NCBI GenBank assembly: GCA_965235115.1
Contig: OZ249451.1
Span: 5,704,001-5,768,000, forward strand
Source of the DNA: Laetmonice hystrix
Lineage: Eukaryota
Length of the DNA: 64,000 nt
Direction: 5' to 3'
Positions 36,373-48,700 of this stretch are shown in pieces. Positions within the stretch are counted from its first letter, which is position 1. Each line of letters opens with the position of its first letter. The translations under genes were made by a program, and so were the position numbers. Below the pieces are notes generated by a model. It had not been told where the DNA came from and searched no databases. It saw only the letters and a program-made list of their open reading frames with translations.

Positions 36373-38905
36373 CTATTTTTTTGAAGAGCTACATTTTGAT
36401 GTCTTGTCTTTGGAATTTTTGGTTAAGCCTGTGAAGAAAGTGGTTAGTTTCGCCATTCTCTCTTTAGAAGACTTAGACTCACTACCGCCTGGCTTTACAG
36501 ACTTTTGACAAGAAATGAACGTTTTTGGGGAAGCTTGCCGAGATCCATTTCGCCTTCCCACTTCTTGTTCATTTGACGCCTTTGAAACCCCAGTTCTCGT
36601 GGAGGAAGATGTAGCACTGCCTGTTGTACAACCTTGGTTTCCTATGTGACCACTGGATGATGGCAGGTCACATAAGTGACCACTTGTAGTTTCTGGATGA
36701 AGCAGACGAGGTTTCGACAGTTCATCCCTGCTGACAGTTTCCGAGGGAGGAAGTTTCAATGACAGACTTTTGAACGCTTCGTAATCGTCGTAGTTGACAG
36801 CCTCCATCTTGGCACGGAGTGCGACTGCCACTCTGTCCCAGAACCAATCCTTCATTGTGGTACGGTAATAATGTAATGGTGTGACGTGTTTTAGGATGGG
36901 CAATGGCTTGCAGGGATCGAGAAAGATGGGCAGAATTACCATCTGTCGAGACCCTGAATCAGATGGAGAATATACATTCAGCACACAATTTCTAAACATA
37001 CGAATGAATCTTCTCGGTCCCGTTTCATGGTGGAGCTCGAGTCAAAATTTATTTCTCAAGTTCACAATCTGTAAGCATCTCCAGCTGATGCTTTGTCAGC
37101 TGGAGCAGTATATTTTGACTTGAGCTTCACCCAGACACCAGGCTAAGATTGGGTAAAGTTTACTGTCTGAGAAAGGTTAAATTACCAAACAATTTGTTTA
37201 CTCATCTTGATGGTACAACACGGCAGCAGGTAACATAGAAGTCATCATGCCTAGACTCTAAAACAAATCTTAGCACAAGCTGTTGATTTTTGTACGGTAT
37301 GTGAATGAATGGGGGAACAATTTCATTGGCAAACCTGGACTGAGGCTTTGAGCAAAGCGGATCTGGAAGTCGCACTCGGGTCTATCTGTACTGCCATCCT
37401 TCATGAAGTTACTGGATTGTATTACGAGCATCCTTTTACACCTGTAAGATTGGAGAGTTACCAACACTGTCTAAACAGCTGAATACTGCTTCCCAGTTCT
37501 TTATTTATGGCCCCAAACCACACACAAAAGTTTAATATATTACAAACTTAAATAAACTTATTTTGGAGTGTTTTATTTGACGATTCTCACCTTTTCTCAA
37601 TCAACTCTGCTGTGACAACATATTTCGCAACTCCTCCCAGTAAATCACGAGCATTTATACAGAGCCTTAGGCCACGACGATCTTCAAGCTCCCTCACAAG
37701 TTCAAACACAAATGCTTTGTCTTCAGATGTATAGCACACAAAGGCATCAAAGTACTGCTTCTGTTTCACTGCAAAATGTAAAAGATCTGACAATGGAAAC
37801 CACCCGAGTTCCTTTAGAACTAAACTTAATAAAGTGTGGGCTCTCTGACCATGCATTAAAGTTACCTGCCTGCATCTTTGTACAGGCCAGTTTTTCCACA
37901 CCAAAGTCTAGTTTCAACGTTACAATCATCCATCATTCTTTCATAAACTATGACTGGATATTATGGACAGAACTGGAGTCATCCGATCGATATAATGACG
38001 ATCACTTACTATCACCAACGACAATTGTATCCAGCTCATCTGTTCTCGGCCTTAAGGGGGCTGGAAAATAAACAATTCAGCCATAAATTATCATAATAAA
38101 TGAAACTATTCATAGGCATTGATTTCAAAGAAAACTATGACCAACTACATATTAGAAATTAAAACCATCAAGAATATAACGTGATCTACCTTTGCGTTCC
38201 GGTAGACTTGAGGGAACAATATTGTCTTGCTTGCCCTTTGGCTTGGCCAACCTTGCAAGCTTTCTTTTTTCATAATTTCCTACACCTTTCTCTGGCAAAA
38301 CAACGTAACAGGTAAACAGTGAACACACATAAATAACAAAAATGTGGACCTACAAATAGAGGACTTTCCATAATAATGGACCTTCCAACTGAGGAAGCAG
38401 GGGATCATCTACCAATGAGGATAGTACTTGAGTGAAATGTTCTAAACTCAGGGTTTGAAAACTTTCTGCCACTAGTCCAAAAAGAGTGCCACACAATCAA
38501 GATTTTTCAATGCATTTATCAACATCTTTCTCTACTTGAAAATTGAAATGGATGAAACTGACCTAGGGTGTGCCTGAACACCTCACTCTCTAACAGATCA
38601 AAGCGACCAATGTCATGAATATGCTGCAAGAGTCTCTCCACTGTGCTGCTACCCTGTGACCATGCCTCAAGGACTGCACCTGTTGGGTTCGGTCGTGATG
38701 CAAACTGTCTGATGTCACTGGCATCATATCCAATGCTTTCAGCTAACCCAGTCCAATCTTTCACAAAGTAACACTCAGACAGTCCTGGTACCTCCTCATT
38801 GAGGTACTTGGAAATGCACTTCAAGCACGCAGGGGTCAGTATATCTATATTGTATTTGTAAAACTCTTCAAAATAAGGTGGAATATTCCGCTGGGTCGTT
38901 CCCAT
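36373..38905 (-). CDS. MYD88: MyD88-like adaptor (death domain + TIR + long Ser-rich C-terminal tail), about 436 aa, 5 coding exons
   Basis: Exons 38905-38563, 38291-38190, 37768-37591, 37441-37335 and 36953-36373 join in frame with GT-AG ends. Death domain DWTGLAESIGY..LEAW..TVERLLQHIHDIGRFDLL; TIR YFDAFVCY, CKRMLVI, ECDFQIRFAQSLSPG, WFWDRVAVAL. Confidence 0.9.
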
Positions 38906-40546
38906 AGCATGCTTCTTCCATCAGTTGAATCTATATCAGGTCCTTCCGTTGGCAGTTCACTTTGTAGCCCTGGCTGTAGTCTGGTTGAGATGTCATTGGC
39001 CTGGCTCTCTGAATTCTGCCATTCTGCCATAGGCCTACCTTCCAGTATGAGGGCTGGGTCCACGAGTACTGTGTCAAGGCCTTGAGTGAAGACCTCTTCA
39101 CCCTGAAACAGCAGGCAACAAGGTCATAAATTACATAATCTTTCATTTTAATACCGAACTTCTGAGAGTTTCTGTAGTTTTTGGCAGGTTGGAAATAAAA
39201 CATGAAAATGCCCCACCTACCTAAAGGTTAAACCCCTCACAATAGTAATCAAAGAAAGAAATCATTGATTTTGGCCTTCCTCCCCAGGGCCACCCCCTTG
39301 GTGTGAGGCATCACTATAATCACAGTGTCACAGTGTCGACCTTGCTTTCCTGGTGGGGGGGGGGAGGGGGGCCGGGGGGGCTGATCTGCCTGAACCGGGA
39401 CAGGATGAAGTTGGTGGCCGTGGAGACAATGATTGACAGTGGCAGTCGGCGCACGCCGCGCCACCTCGTGGCAAAAAGTGCCCTTTTTTATGACCAGGTG
39501 CCCTTCAGTTCAGGTGTGAATTCATCCTTGCGATCAGGGTCCCTTCCGAACAGATAAGCCTATTAGTATACTAGGACTTCTGCCGCCCCCCCCCCCCAAT
39601 GGCTAATCGGAATGAGGCATTGAGCGTTAGTGTTAGTTTAAAGTCTCAAATTGTTTGTTAATTGATCGTAAAAGAGCGTCAATGAGATCCGCAATTAGAT
39701 AATCCGGGCTAAATAAGACTAAGTATACCCGTTACAACGGAACTTTCGCGTCCCCAGAACAGTGCTAACCCACTGGGTCAAACCCCATATCATGCCCATG
39801 CCATGGCCATGCCGTGGCATGCCATGGCCATGCCGTGGCATGCCATTTGCCTACTAAGGCGAGTTGCCTTCTTTGCCCACGGTTTGTTTTGGTTTGGCCT
39901 ATCGGATCCCACCCACCATTCACGTTTACCGCCACACGACACGTGCTGGGGTACTCACCATATCCAACGTTCCAACTCTTTCTTCACAAAATGACTCGCA
40001 TGTCCATCGACCCGCGCGACTTCACCTGAAAAAACGACAACCCTCATTCGACATGTTGGAGATGGGGGCGATGATCTCATACCGAAACTCCCACCACCCT
40101 CAGGTGGCAAAAATACCGAAACACACTCACCAAGTACATCACAGTTCCGCTTTTCGCCGTGAGGGGGCAGGTTCGCATAAGGTAACATGGTTCGGCTTTT
40201 CGCCGTGAGGGGGCAGGCTCGCGTAAGGTAACATGGTTCGGCTTTTCGCCGCGAGGGGGCCTAGTTTGCCACCACGACGGGACGCGCGCCTTGGCGTCTG
40301 ATTTGAGTCAAACGGTCTCACCGTAAGCCTAGTGATCATGATATCTAGGCCTATTATTACATATATTAATCAGCCAATACGGAAAACTGTGGCTGTGAGA
40401 AAGTCCCTACCTCCATTTTGATGGCAGTTGTTTCGCAAAAAAGTAGGCCCCCTACCTGGTGGTGGTGGAAGAGGGGGCAAGACCTCTTGGGTCTATAATA
40501 AAATAAAAACATCAGCCACCATGCCGTATTAGAGACTCACGGCCTC

Positions 40547-40629
40547 TGCCGTGACCAGGATTCGAACCTGGGTTGTCTCGGCCACAACGAGAAGTACCTA
40601 CTAACCACTACAATGTATACGATCACGGC
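40547..40629 (-). pseudogene. tRNA-His(GTG) pseudogene with two small insertions
   Basis: GCCGTGATCGTATA[CATTGTA]GTGGTTAGTA[GGTA]CTTCTCGTTGTGGCCGAGACAACCCAGGTTCGAATCCTGGTCACGGCA. Acceptor stem, GTG anticodon and T-loop are intact; the D-arm is disrupted. Confidence 0.85.
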
Positions 40630-41001
40630 CAAAGCGGCAGCTGTTTGTGAAATGCCCACGAACTCCGTCCTACCACTGAACTCGTGACGTAAGCTAGTGT
40701 AAAGCAAAACAATACAGGCTCGTTTTCCTTTTGTTTGCAAGGCGGGGGGGGGGGGGCAGGGTGAAATACAGATCAGGGCCGGTGGGTAGGATACGGGGTG
40801 TCTGTAACCCCCCCCCCCCCCCTCCAAAATCAAGTAGACCTAACCTATATGCCTTGACTTGCAGCATGCCCCCCCCCCTCCCCTTGCATGGTTTCCGCGC
40901 AAATATCCCCCCCCCCCAACATCCTGCGTACGGCCCTGCTACTGCTCACACGGTCTACTACCGTCTACGTGAGATAGTGTTGGGACACTGTGGACACATG
41001 A

Positions 41002-41385
41002 CCTCTGCAGGGCAGGGCTAGAGGTAGGGCTTATGTCAGGGACAGGGGACCGTCGCTAGGAGTTACTGACCCCTACAGGGCAGGGTTAGACTTAGAGGTA
41101 GGGCTTATGTCAGGGACAGGGGACCGTCGCTAGGAGTTACTGCCCCCTACAGGGCAGGGTTAGAGGTAGGGCTTATGTCAGGGACAGGGGACCGTCGCTA
41201 GGAGTTACTGACCCCTACAGGGTAGGGTTAGAGGTAGGGCTTATGTCAGGGACAGGGGACCGTCGCTAAGAGTTACTGACCCCTACAGGGTAGGGTTAGA
41301 GGTAGGGCTTATGTCAGGGACAGGGGACCGTCGCTAAGAGTTACTGACCCCTACAGGGCAGGGTTAGAGGTAGGGCTTACGGCAG
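41002..41385. repeat. 68-bp G-rich tandem array, about 5.5 copies
   Basis: Unit TAGAGGTAGGGCTTATGTCAGGGACAGGGGACCGTCGCTAGGAGTTACTGACCCCTACAGGG[C/T]AGGGT. Confidence 0.95.
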
Positions 41386-42775
41386 GGACTCATACGCGCC
41401 GGCTGCGCCTTACCCAGGTTCCCGTGCGATACGTTCATTTAAAGGAGAAGTCCAGTCAAAAATCACATAAAATTTAGCCAGCTGCAAGGCCTCTATATAT
41501 ACTCACCTTTCAGAGTAGTGGTTGGAAATAAATATCCCCCCATTCCAAGAAGTCATATGTTGAACATGACAACCGTGTCAAAATCACTGGCTTCAGCAAC
41601 GCAGCCATTTGCCTGAAGTAAGTGACGTCCTTGTTCCCATCTATTGCATGCCGGGGCTAGGCTAGACTAGACTAAAGTAAAGGCAGCCGAGGCGGGTCGG
41701 CAAAATCAACGGTCGGAGTCAGAGTGGGGCCCGGCCCCGGGCTCAGTGGCTCTGGGCTCTGTCAACATCACACCTCCGAGCGGGACGAATAGAATGCAGG
41801 CGGCCAAACCCCACGGCTGCCCAGATCCGTGTCCACCCTGATATATCCCCTGACATCGGTAGGCTTAATTCCTAGCCATTCCTCATCACTATGATCGATG
41901 GTTTTCGTCTATGTTCTAACAAATTTTGCTTATAAGCTGTCAACGTTTGCTACCTTTCGAATCGCTCAACGCAACAGGTGCGTCAGTTTTTCATTCCTCC
42001 CAAACTGGAGAGCAGTGGTCGAGCATGCGCAGTTTGAGATTAGCCCAAGGAGCAGACAGCTATGGCGGCCAACACCAGCGGAGCAGGCTCTAAGCAGGCT
42101 CCAGCACTAAAGTGCTTATATCTTAACTATTTGAGCACCAATTGTGTTCAATTTTCTTTTTAAATTGCTTAGAATATCATGGCCTGCATGCCTGGCCTGT
42201 ACACACTGGCGGTGGACGTTTCTTTTAAAAGGATTTTAAATCTCATTCCAGTCTTAACTGTTAAGCAATGATTAAATAAGACACTGAACACATACACATA
42301 TATTTTTCTTTCCCATAATTTTATTACTAACCCAGCCACGTTGGTCCTTACTGGCATCTTTTCTTCTGTGTTGAGTAATATTTGTCTAACATTACAAGCA
42401 TAAATTTCCCCGACCAATCTCCACTTCAATGTGTATGCCCATCCAATACATTCCCACAGGCATGTATGCATCATAGTCCATAACGAGAAACCAATACTAG
42501 TAACGTGATATTCAAGTCCATAAAATATTTCCTTTCAACATATAACTTGGACTAAGATAATGACTCCAGAAGAATCTAGCCCACATAGAGAAACTCAATG
42601 AAAATGGTTCCAGGCACTTTCATGGATAACATTCGTTATATTTTGATACAATTGTTTCGTATTGTGGTTGGACATCGCATTAAGAAATATTTATCTGTTT
42701 AAAACTACAAAATCTTTCATTCCTATTACCCCTCACCTATCTTTTCTTACGGTCATATCTCATTCCTCAACAACT

Positions 42776-45700
42776 TTAACGACGATCTGCTTTTCCTGTA
42801 CCCCTCTTCCCTGCGAGTAAATGTTTCGGCTTGAGGTCTGGTATTTTCCTGTCTGCTTCTCCCCGCTTTGCCAGTCTGTTCATCTTCTTCTGTGAGTCCT
42901 TTGAAATCTTGCGTGCCTTCTTTGCCATCTGGTTGGAAGAGGAAGAAACACTTCATAAACTGTTCTTGTTAAATTCATACTGCTCCCGCAAAATGTTACA
43001 TCTAATGTACCAATGACTTTGTACATCCAATAAAATGCTTCAGCTTCAAAAAGCTACTGATCATATTAAAATAGGTTGTACACTGAAATCTTCATCTCTA
43101 CAAACTGCTCCTTGGACTTACCGATTCGTCACGAACACCCGACTTGTCTCGTGGTGGGCGAGAGTTGCTGCGGGTTACACTGGGGTCTCGCTTGTTGACT
43201 TCACGGGACTCTTCTCTCTTCCTCTTCAATGCCTGCCTCTGGATGCTCTTAGACCTGGCCCTACCCAAGTGTTCCTGGACAAACAACACTTGGCATCAAC
43301 AGGGCATGATACTGACACACAAACTGTACTCGTTGGTGTTTTTGTTAAAGTTACGGCTCATGAAACATTCAACTTACCATCTCTATAAACCTTTTCCTTA
43401 TCTATATCGTGAAAACTTGAGACTGTTCTTCATGACCACATTTTCTGGTACTGCTGAGACAACCCAGTGAGAACCCCCCCCCCTCCCCCCAATATGACAA
43501 GAAAGTCAGTAACTATAAGCTGTTTAAAACTCACCCCTCCCTCTATGTCAACACCCAGTTCTGCCATCTCCTTCTTCATACGCGATGTCTCAAACTTCTT
43601 GGCCGTTCGTGGCAGTCTTGGCTTTTCAATCTTCCTCTTCTCACGAGAGTCCATCACTATCAACTGTCGTTTCTCTCGGATTCTGAAGTTCATAAGTCAC
43701 ATCATGAAATCTATTACAATATTTACAATGTAAAACACTGGCAACCCTGTTATCCCACAGAATGCACAATAAATACTTATATTTCCATACGTCTGTATAA
43801 TTTTAAGATGATAAACTTCAATCGTTACATTTTTGCTATGATGACCTAAGTGCACCTTGTAGCTCCATACCTGAACAGCCCCAGAGATAACGAAGGAAGG
43901 AAATGGTAAAAAAATCTTACGTAGATAGCATAGAAATACAAGGAACTTGTTATAACAGCTTTCATCCAGTACGGAGACAACTTCCCACTTGTTCTGATCA
44001 TAGACAATCTACCATACGGCACACCCCAAAGTAACTTACTTCCTAGCTGTCTTGCGTATATCTTTCATTGTTTCATCCTCCTCGCTGGAGTCCGAGTCGT
44101 ATGCTCCGGCAGCCATCCTCAACCCCTCCTCTTCCTCCAGTGCTTCCAGTTTCTGATGGATATAAATACATGGAAGATACATGGCCGATAAAATTTACTA
44201 ACACTGGTATGTCAGCACTTCAGAAATATCTTCAAAGAAAGTTTGAAGATTTTGTCAATATACAAAAGATTACTTAACATGTAAAGGTTTTTGTGAAAGA
44301 AATATTGCATCTATAGTAAAGTACTTGTCAGTATTTTCCATTCTAAAAGGATTCAGATACCTCGACCTACCTGCAGGATATCGGGATCAATGAAGTCCGC
44401 GACGTTCCTGCCTTCCCAGATCTCCGGGATAATGTCATATTTCTCGTCAGGGTTGTGCAGGTCATAGTGTTCTGTAACAGTCATGTTAATTTCTCATGTA
44501 TTATGCAATCATATTTCTACAGAGTCACATAACAATTTAACTCACAGCTACAACTGGGGAATTTACTGAACAGATTTCACACGAATATCTAGATAAGCTC
44601 CACTTACTCTTAAGATCCAGAATGTAGTCATCCTCCAACTCCCTCTCCAGATCCCGTTCCAGTTTTCTCTTGGGTTTGTCTTCATCCACCTCCATTTCCT
44701 GCCTCTTCCTCCGCACGCCCTCAGGGATACAGGGCGGTCTGACCTGGAACATGATCTCACGACACTACATTCACCCATTCACAGTCAACGAGGGCATAGC
44801 AAACATACACAACTCTCAACTCTCACAGAATACGTTACAGAAAAAAACATGACTCCTTTTGACTGAAATCTCATCAGAACAACCACATACACTCATGGTT
44901 TGCTTCACAAGCAAAGTCAAGTTGATTTTATTAAATATGAAATCCATTTTAACCAATCAAAAGTTAAATTGACTTCACGCTAATTAAAGTTGACTTGACT
45001 TGACGGGGCCTAGGATCGACAACTGAAGAATCTCCTACCTTTGTATCTCGTTTGTTGGGCATGGCCAGGTGAAGGCGGTTGAGAACATCATTCACTTTCT
45101 TTCCTTTCATTTTCTGTTCAACTCGTTGTGCCAGCAGCCGGTCACAGGCCTACAGACATGAATTATTGCTTCATAACTTGTAGATAAAGTAACTGTTGAA
45201 ACTATCCAACAGTTTTATGTGCACCTCAACAAAGTTGAGCATTACAAAGTTACCTTTTTACCCGTTTCTTAACAATAAGGAAGAAATCTTGATCCTAGAC
45301 AATAAATTAATATCTAATGTCTTTTTGCTAAAAGCCCTGACTGTCTGAGGTAACGCTCACCTGAGTCTTCACATTCATTACCCCTTCATCTGTAACCGTG
45401 CTCATCTCTAAAACAGGGATTCCTTCCGCCTCAAACTCATCAAACAAACTGACCCTCTCGGGGTCAAGGTCAGCCTTGCGTTTAATGTCAATCTTGTTTG
45501 CAACAACCAGGAGTGGTTTGTTGGTAAACAAAGGTTTGATGTTCTTGAAAAGTGCCAGCTGGAGAAAAGATCAGACACATGATACACACTTTCTGTAAAA
45601 TAATACTGACTGTCAAAGGAATACGCTCAGTCTAAGACAAATCATTATTCATGGGAAAATCAGACGTTTACCGTAGGTAAGCCGTTACATGATTCCATTT

Positions 45701-48700
45701 TTCTTGAACTGACCTGTTGTTCTATGGTATAACCACACTGTTCCGACAGATCCATGATGAAGAGTACAGCAGCCCGCAGGTGGGCTAGAGCAGTGATGGC
45801 CTGCATCTCAATGGTATTACGCTCTTCAAGGGGGTGATCCAAAATCCCAGGGGTATCGATCACCTGTGAAAAAATACACCGAGAAAATCGGTCAATAACT
45901 TACAACAGAGAACCTGATGCCTCCTCTCCGACCACAAAAAGGTATGAGACTAAACAACCGTGGCACTGAGTAGAATTTTTTAAACTGTTGAACAGAAGGA
46001 ATCAGGGGATTGTACCGACCTGCCAGCGGAGATATCTGTAGTCCATGTGGCCAACAAACAGCGATCTGGTGGTGAATGCATACGGCTGGACTTCGACATC
46101 AGCCCTCGTGACCTGTCAAAATATAAAACAAAAATTCAAGTTAAATGCATCCTTGTGGTGTGTCCCCAATTATTATCCTTACCAAATATCAAGTTTAAAC
46201 TTAGAAACTAGCAAGAGGAATGAGTTCCAGGATTGACAGGCTGTTTGTCCTAATTAGATTGTGCCTAAAATCATGATACTGTCAAGGCTATAAAACCTGT
46301 TTCTCACCTTGTTCATGAAGCTTGACTTGCCAACGTTAGGGAAACCCGTCAGAAGGAGTGTACGTGTATTCGGATCGATGGAGGGTAGACGTGACAGATG
46401 TTGTCTCACCTGTTCCAGGTACGACAAACTCTGAACCTGTCTTTTCATTATTGTACACATTCTGGAAGAGTCAAAATATAATGTTTCACCTACCAGCTAG
46501 TCATGATGGGGGAAAGAGTCAGAGCTACTGTGTCAAGGTTTGGGAATATTTGCTCTACGCTCAAACTCTTCTTCTAGGACCACTTAAGAAAATTGTCCCC
46601 ACCACATTCTGGAGACCTACACAAACTTTTTGTATGGTTTTGAAAAGTTTAAAAAGATAATCTAACAGTATATGATAACTGGTATTTGCATGTATATCTG
46701 GATGTTTTCCTTATAACTTACCTGCCAAGCGCAGCACGCTTTAACTGCTTGCAACGGTACAAGGAGTCGGCATACTTCATTAACCTGACATAATCCTTAG
46801 CAACACTGCAATAAAAAAGGACAAGAAAACATAAATATTCTCCACATTTACATAGCGTTCAAAACTCTGGAAGCGTGAAAAGTATACCTTTCATGGATAA
46901 TATTATGGCATACCCCTTTTTTAGGGAGTCTATACATTGTACTCGTGTCAGTAATGGAGTAGTATACCGCTTTTGATTCAGAAAAATTTGTCCAACAGAA
47001 TAAAAATGAAAACCCACTTGTCAATAAGATGAGAGGCTGTGCTAATCTGACCCAAAGCCAACTTGTAATGGTCCTTGTCATATAGAACATTCATCAAGTC
47101 GGCATAAAAGGGATGGATGTCCTGCAAGAGAATGTCACAACATTCAAAATAAACCAGTCAAAATCAAATTACGATACAGCATAGATCAGTTTGAACACAC
47201 TGTAATATGCTGTCTCATACAGCAGGGTGCATATGTCGAATTGTGGTTTACCATCAGACGTATAAAGTTTATTAGAATGGCACATAATCAGAAAATGTGG
47301 GGACGTATGGCAGTTATCCCATTACTGTTGAAAAACAGACATTTACATGATAAATTTGGTATGGACATAAAAGATTTATGATGCCCAGATGAGAAAGTGT
47401 AAGGCTGAATGCAATATAGCACTAACTTTCTCTAAAACTAGGAAACAGAGAGACAAAAGTATGATAAACAACTTCTTCTCTCAAAAAAAATGTACCGTAA
47501 TACTATTTTAGAACATTTGTGTACATTTTAACTAGATGTCTTTATAAATAATTATGAATTACCATATCCTACAACAGGCTTAGCATCCTAAAAAATACTC
47601 ACGCCAAGCATTGGAAAGTCAGTGAGGATCTGGGAGAACTTATCATGGAAGGTTTGCTGTGCAAATTTGATCTTCCGTGTGTAGAACTGACGTATTCTTC
47701 CAATGGCATAGTGCTTGTGGATGACAGTAGGAGTTTTACGCTGGGTTTTAGACAACACGATGTCAATGAAATCCTGAAAAATACGCAGTATAGATATTGT
47801 TAGACATGAAATCAAGTATCATTACTCTATGTTAGTAGTGCATTGAAACCAGCCAAGCAATCAAAATGTTTCACAGAACGTTTTGTAAAGGCCAGTTCAT
47901 TGTTATTTGGTGGACTCCAGTCATTAGCGCAACGCGTTATCAAAGCCACGGCTTTTTTTCGAAGGTAGCGCCACAGCAATTCTCCCTGGGATTGCACACT
48001 GCCATTGCAGATTCCCCTGGGACAGGGATTGGTGGTACAGCCTGAGCTAGACACAACCAGGACAGGCCAGGATGTTCCGGCAGTTAGGAAGGGGCAGAGG
48101 AGTTAAGAAAAATGGGTTTGTACATCCCTTCTAAGGACACATGGGGTGTTTCCGGACCCCAAGTACACATTTGTTCCGATTATTTCGCATTCTATTTCTA
48201 GTTTTGCACCAGTAGGATGTCAAATACAAGTTATCTACAAAGGCAAAATTGGGCCTCATACAAAAAGATTGCGTCCCCAAAACATTTCTTTCAGACCTGC
48301 CAGAACCAATACTGAAGGAGGGAGGGTAGAATGCAAGAAAAACATAAAGGCTTGGTTACCAAACATCACAAATTTATTCATCAATTAACCTATATACAAC
48401 AATGATATATATACAGTCTATGCACAATGTATCCATCCATTAACCTATATACAGCAATGTACAGTTTATATACAACAAGTGTCACACAGTCAAAATCCCT
48501 TTCTTTCTGCCTCAGTCTGCACTGACAAACTGAAGGAGCTGGAATGCTGTCATGTTGCCCTCATCGTATTTCTTCCATAGGTCGATCACACTTTGTTCTC
48601 GGTCACAGTCAAAGTGACTTTGGCGGTGATGCAGCTTCCCTTGTTTGACAAGTTTCAGTTGTCGAGGCACCGAGGAAGCCTCTTGGGACAGCAGGTTGAT

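Noticed and set aside
41690-41900. GC-rich segment with GTGATGA and CTGA on the minus strand, a possible C/D snoRNA
   Set aside because: No terminal stem or recognisable rRNA-complementary guide was seen, and both motifs are short enough to occur by chance.
43370-43470. Strong GTAAGT donor and CAG acceptors inside NOG1 intron 13, suggesting an extra exon or a snoRNA
   Set aside because: The candidate exon has an in-frame stop, the flanking exons already join in phase, and there is no clean C/D box pair.
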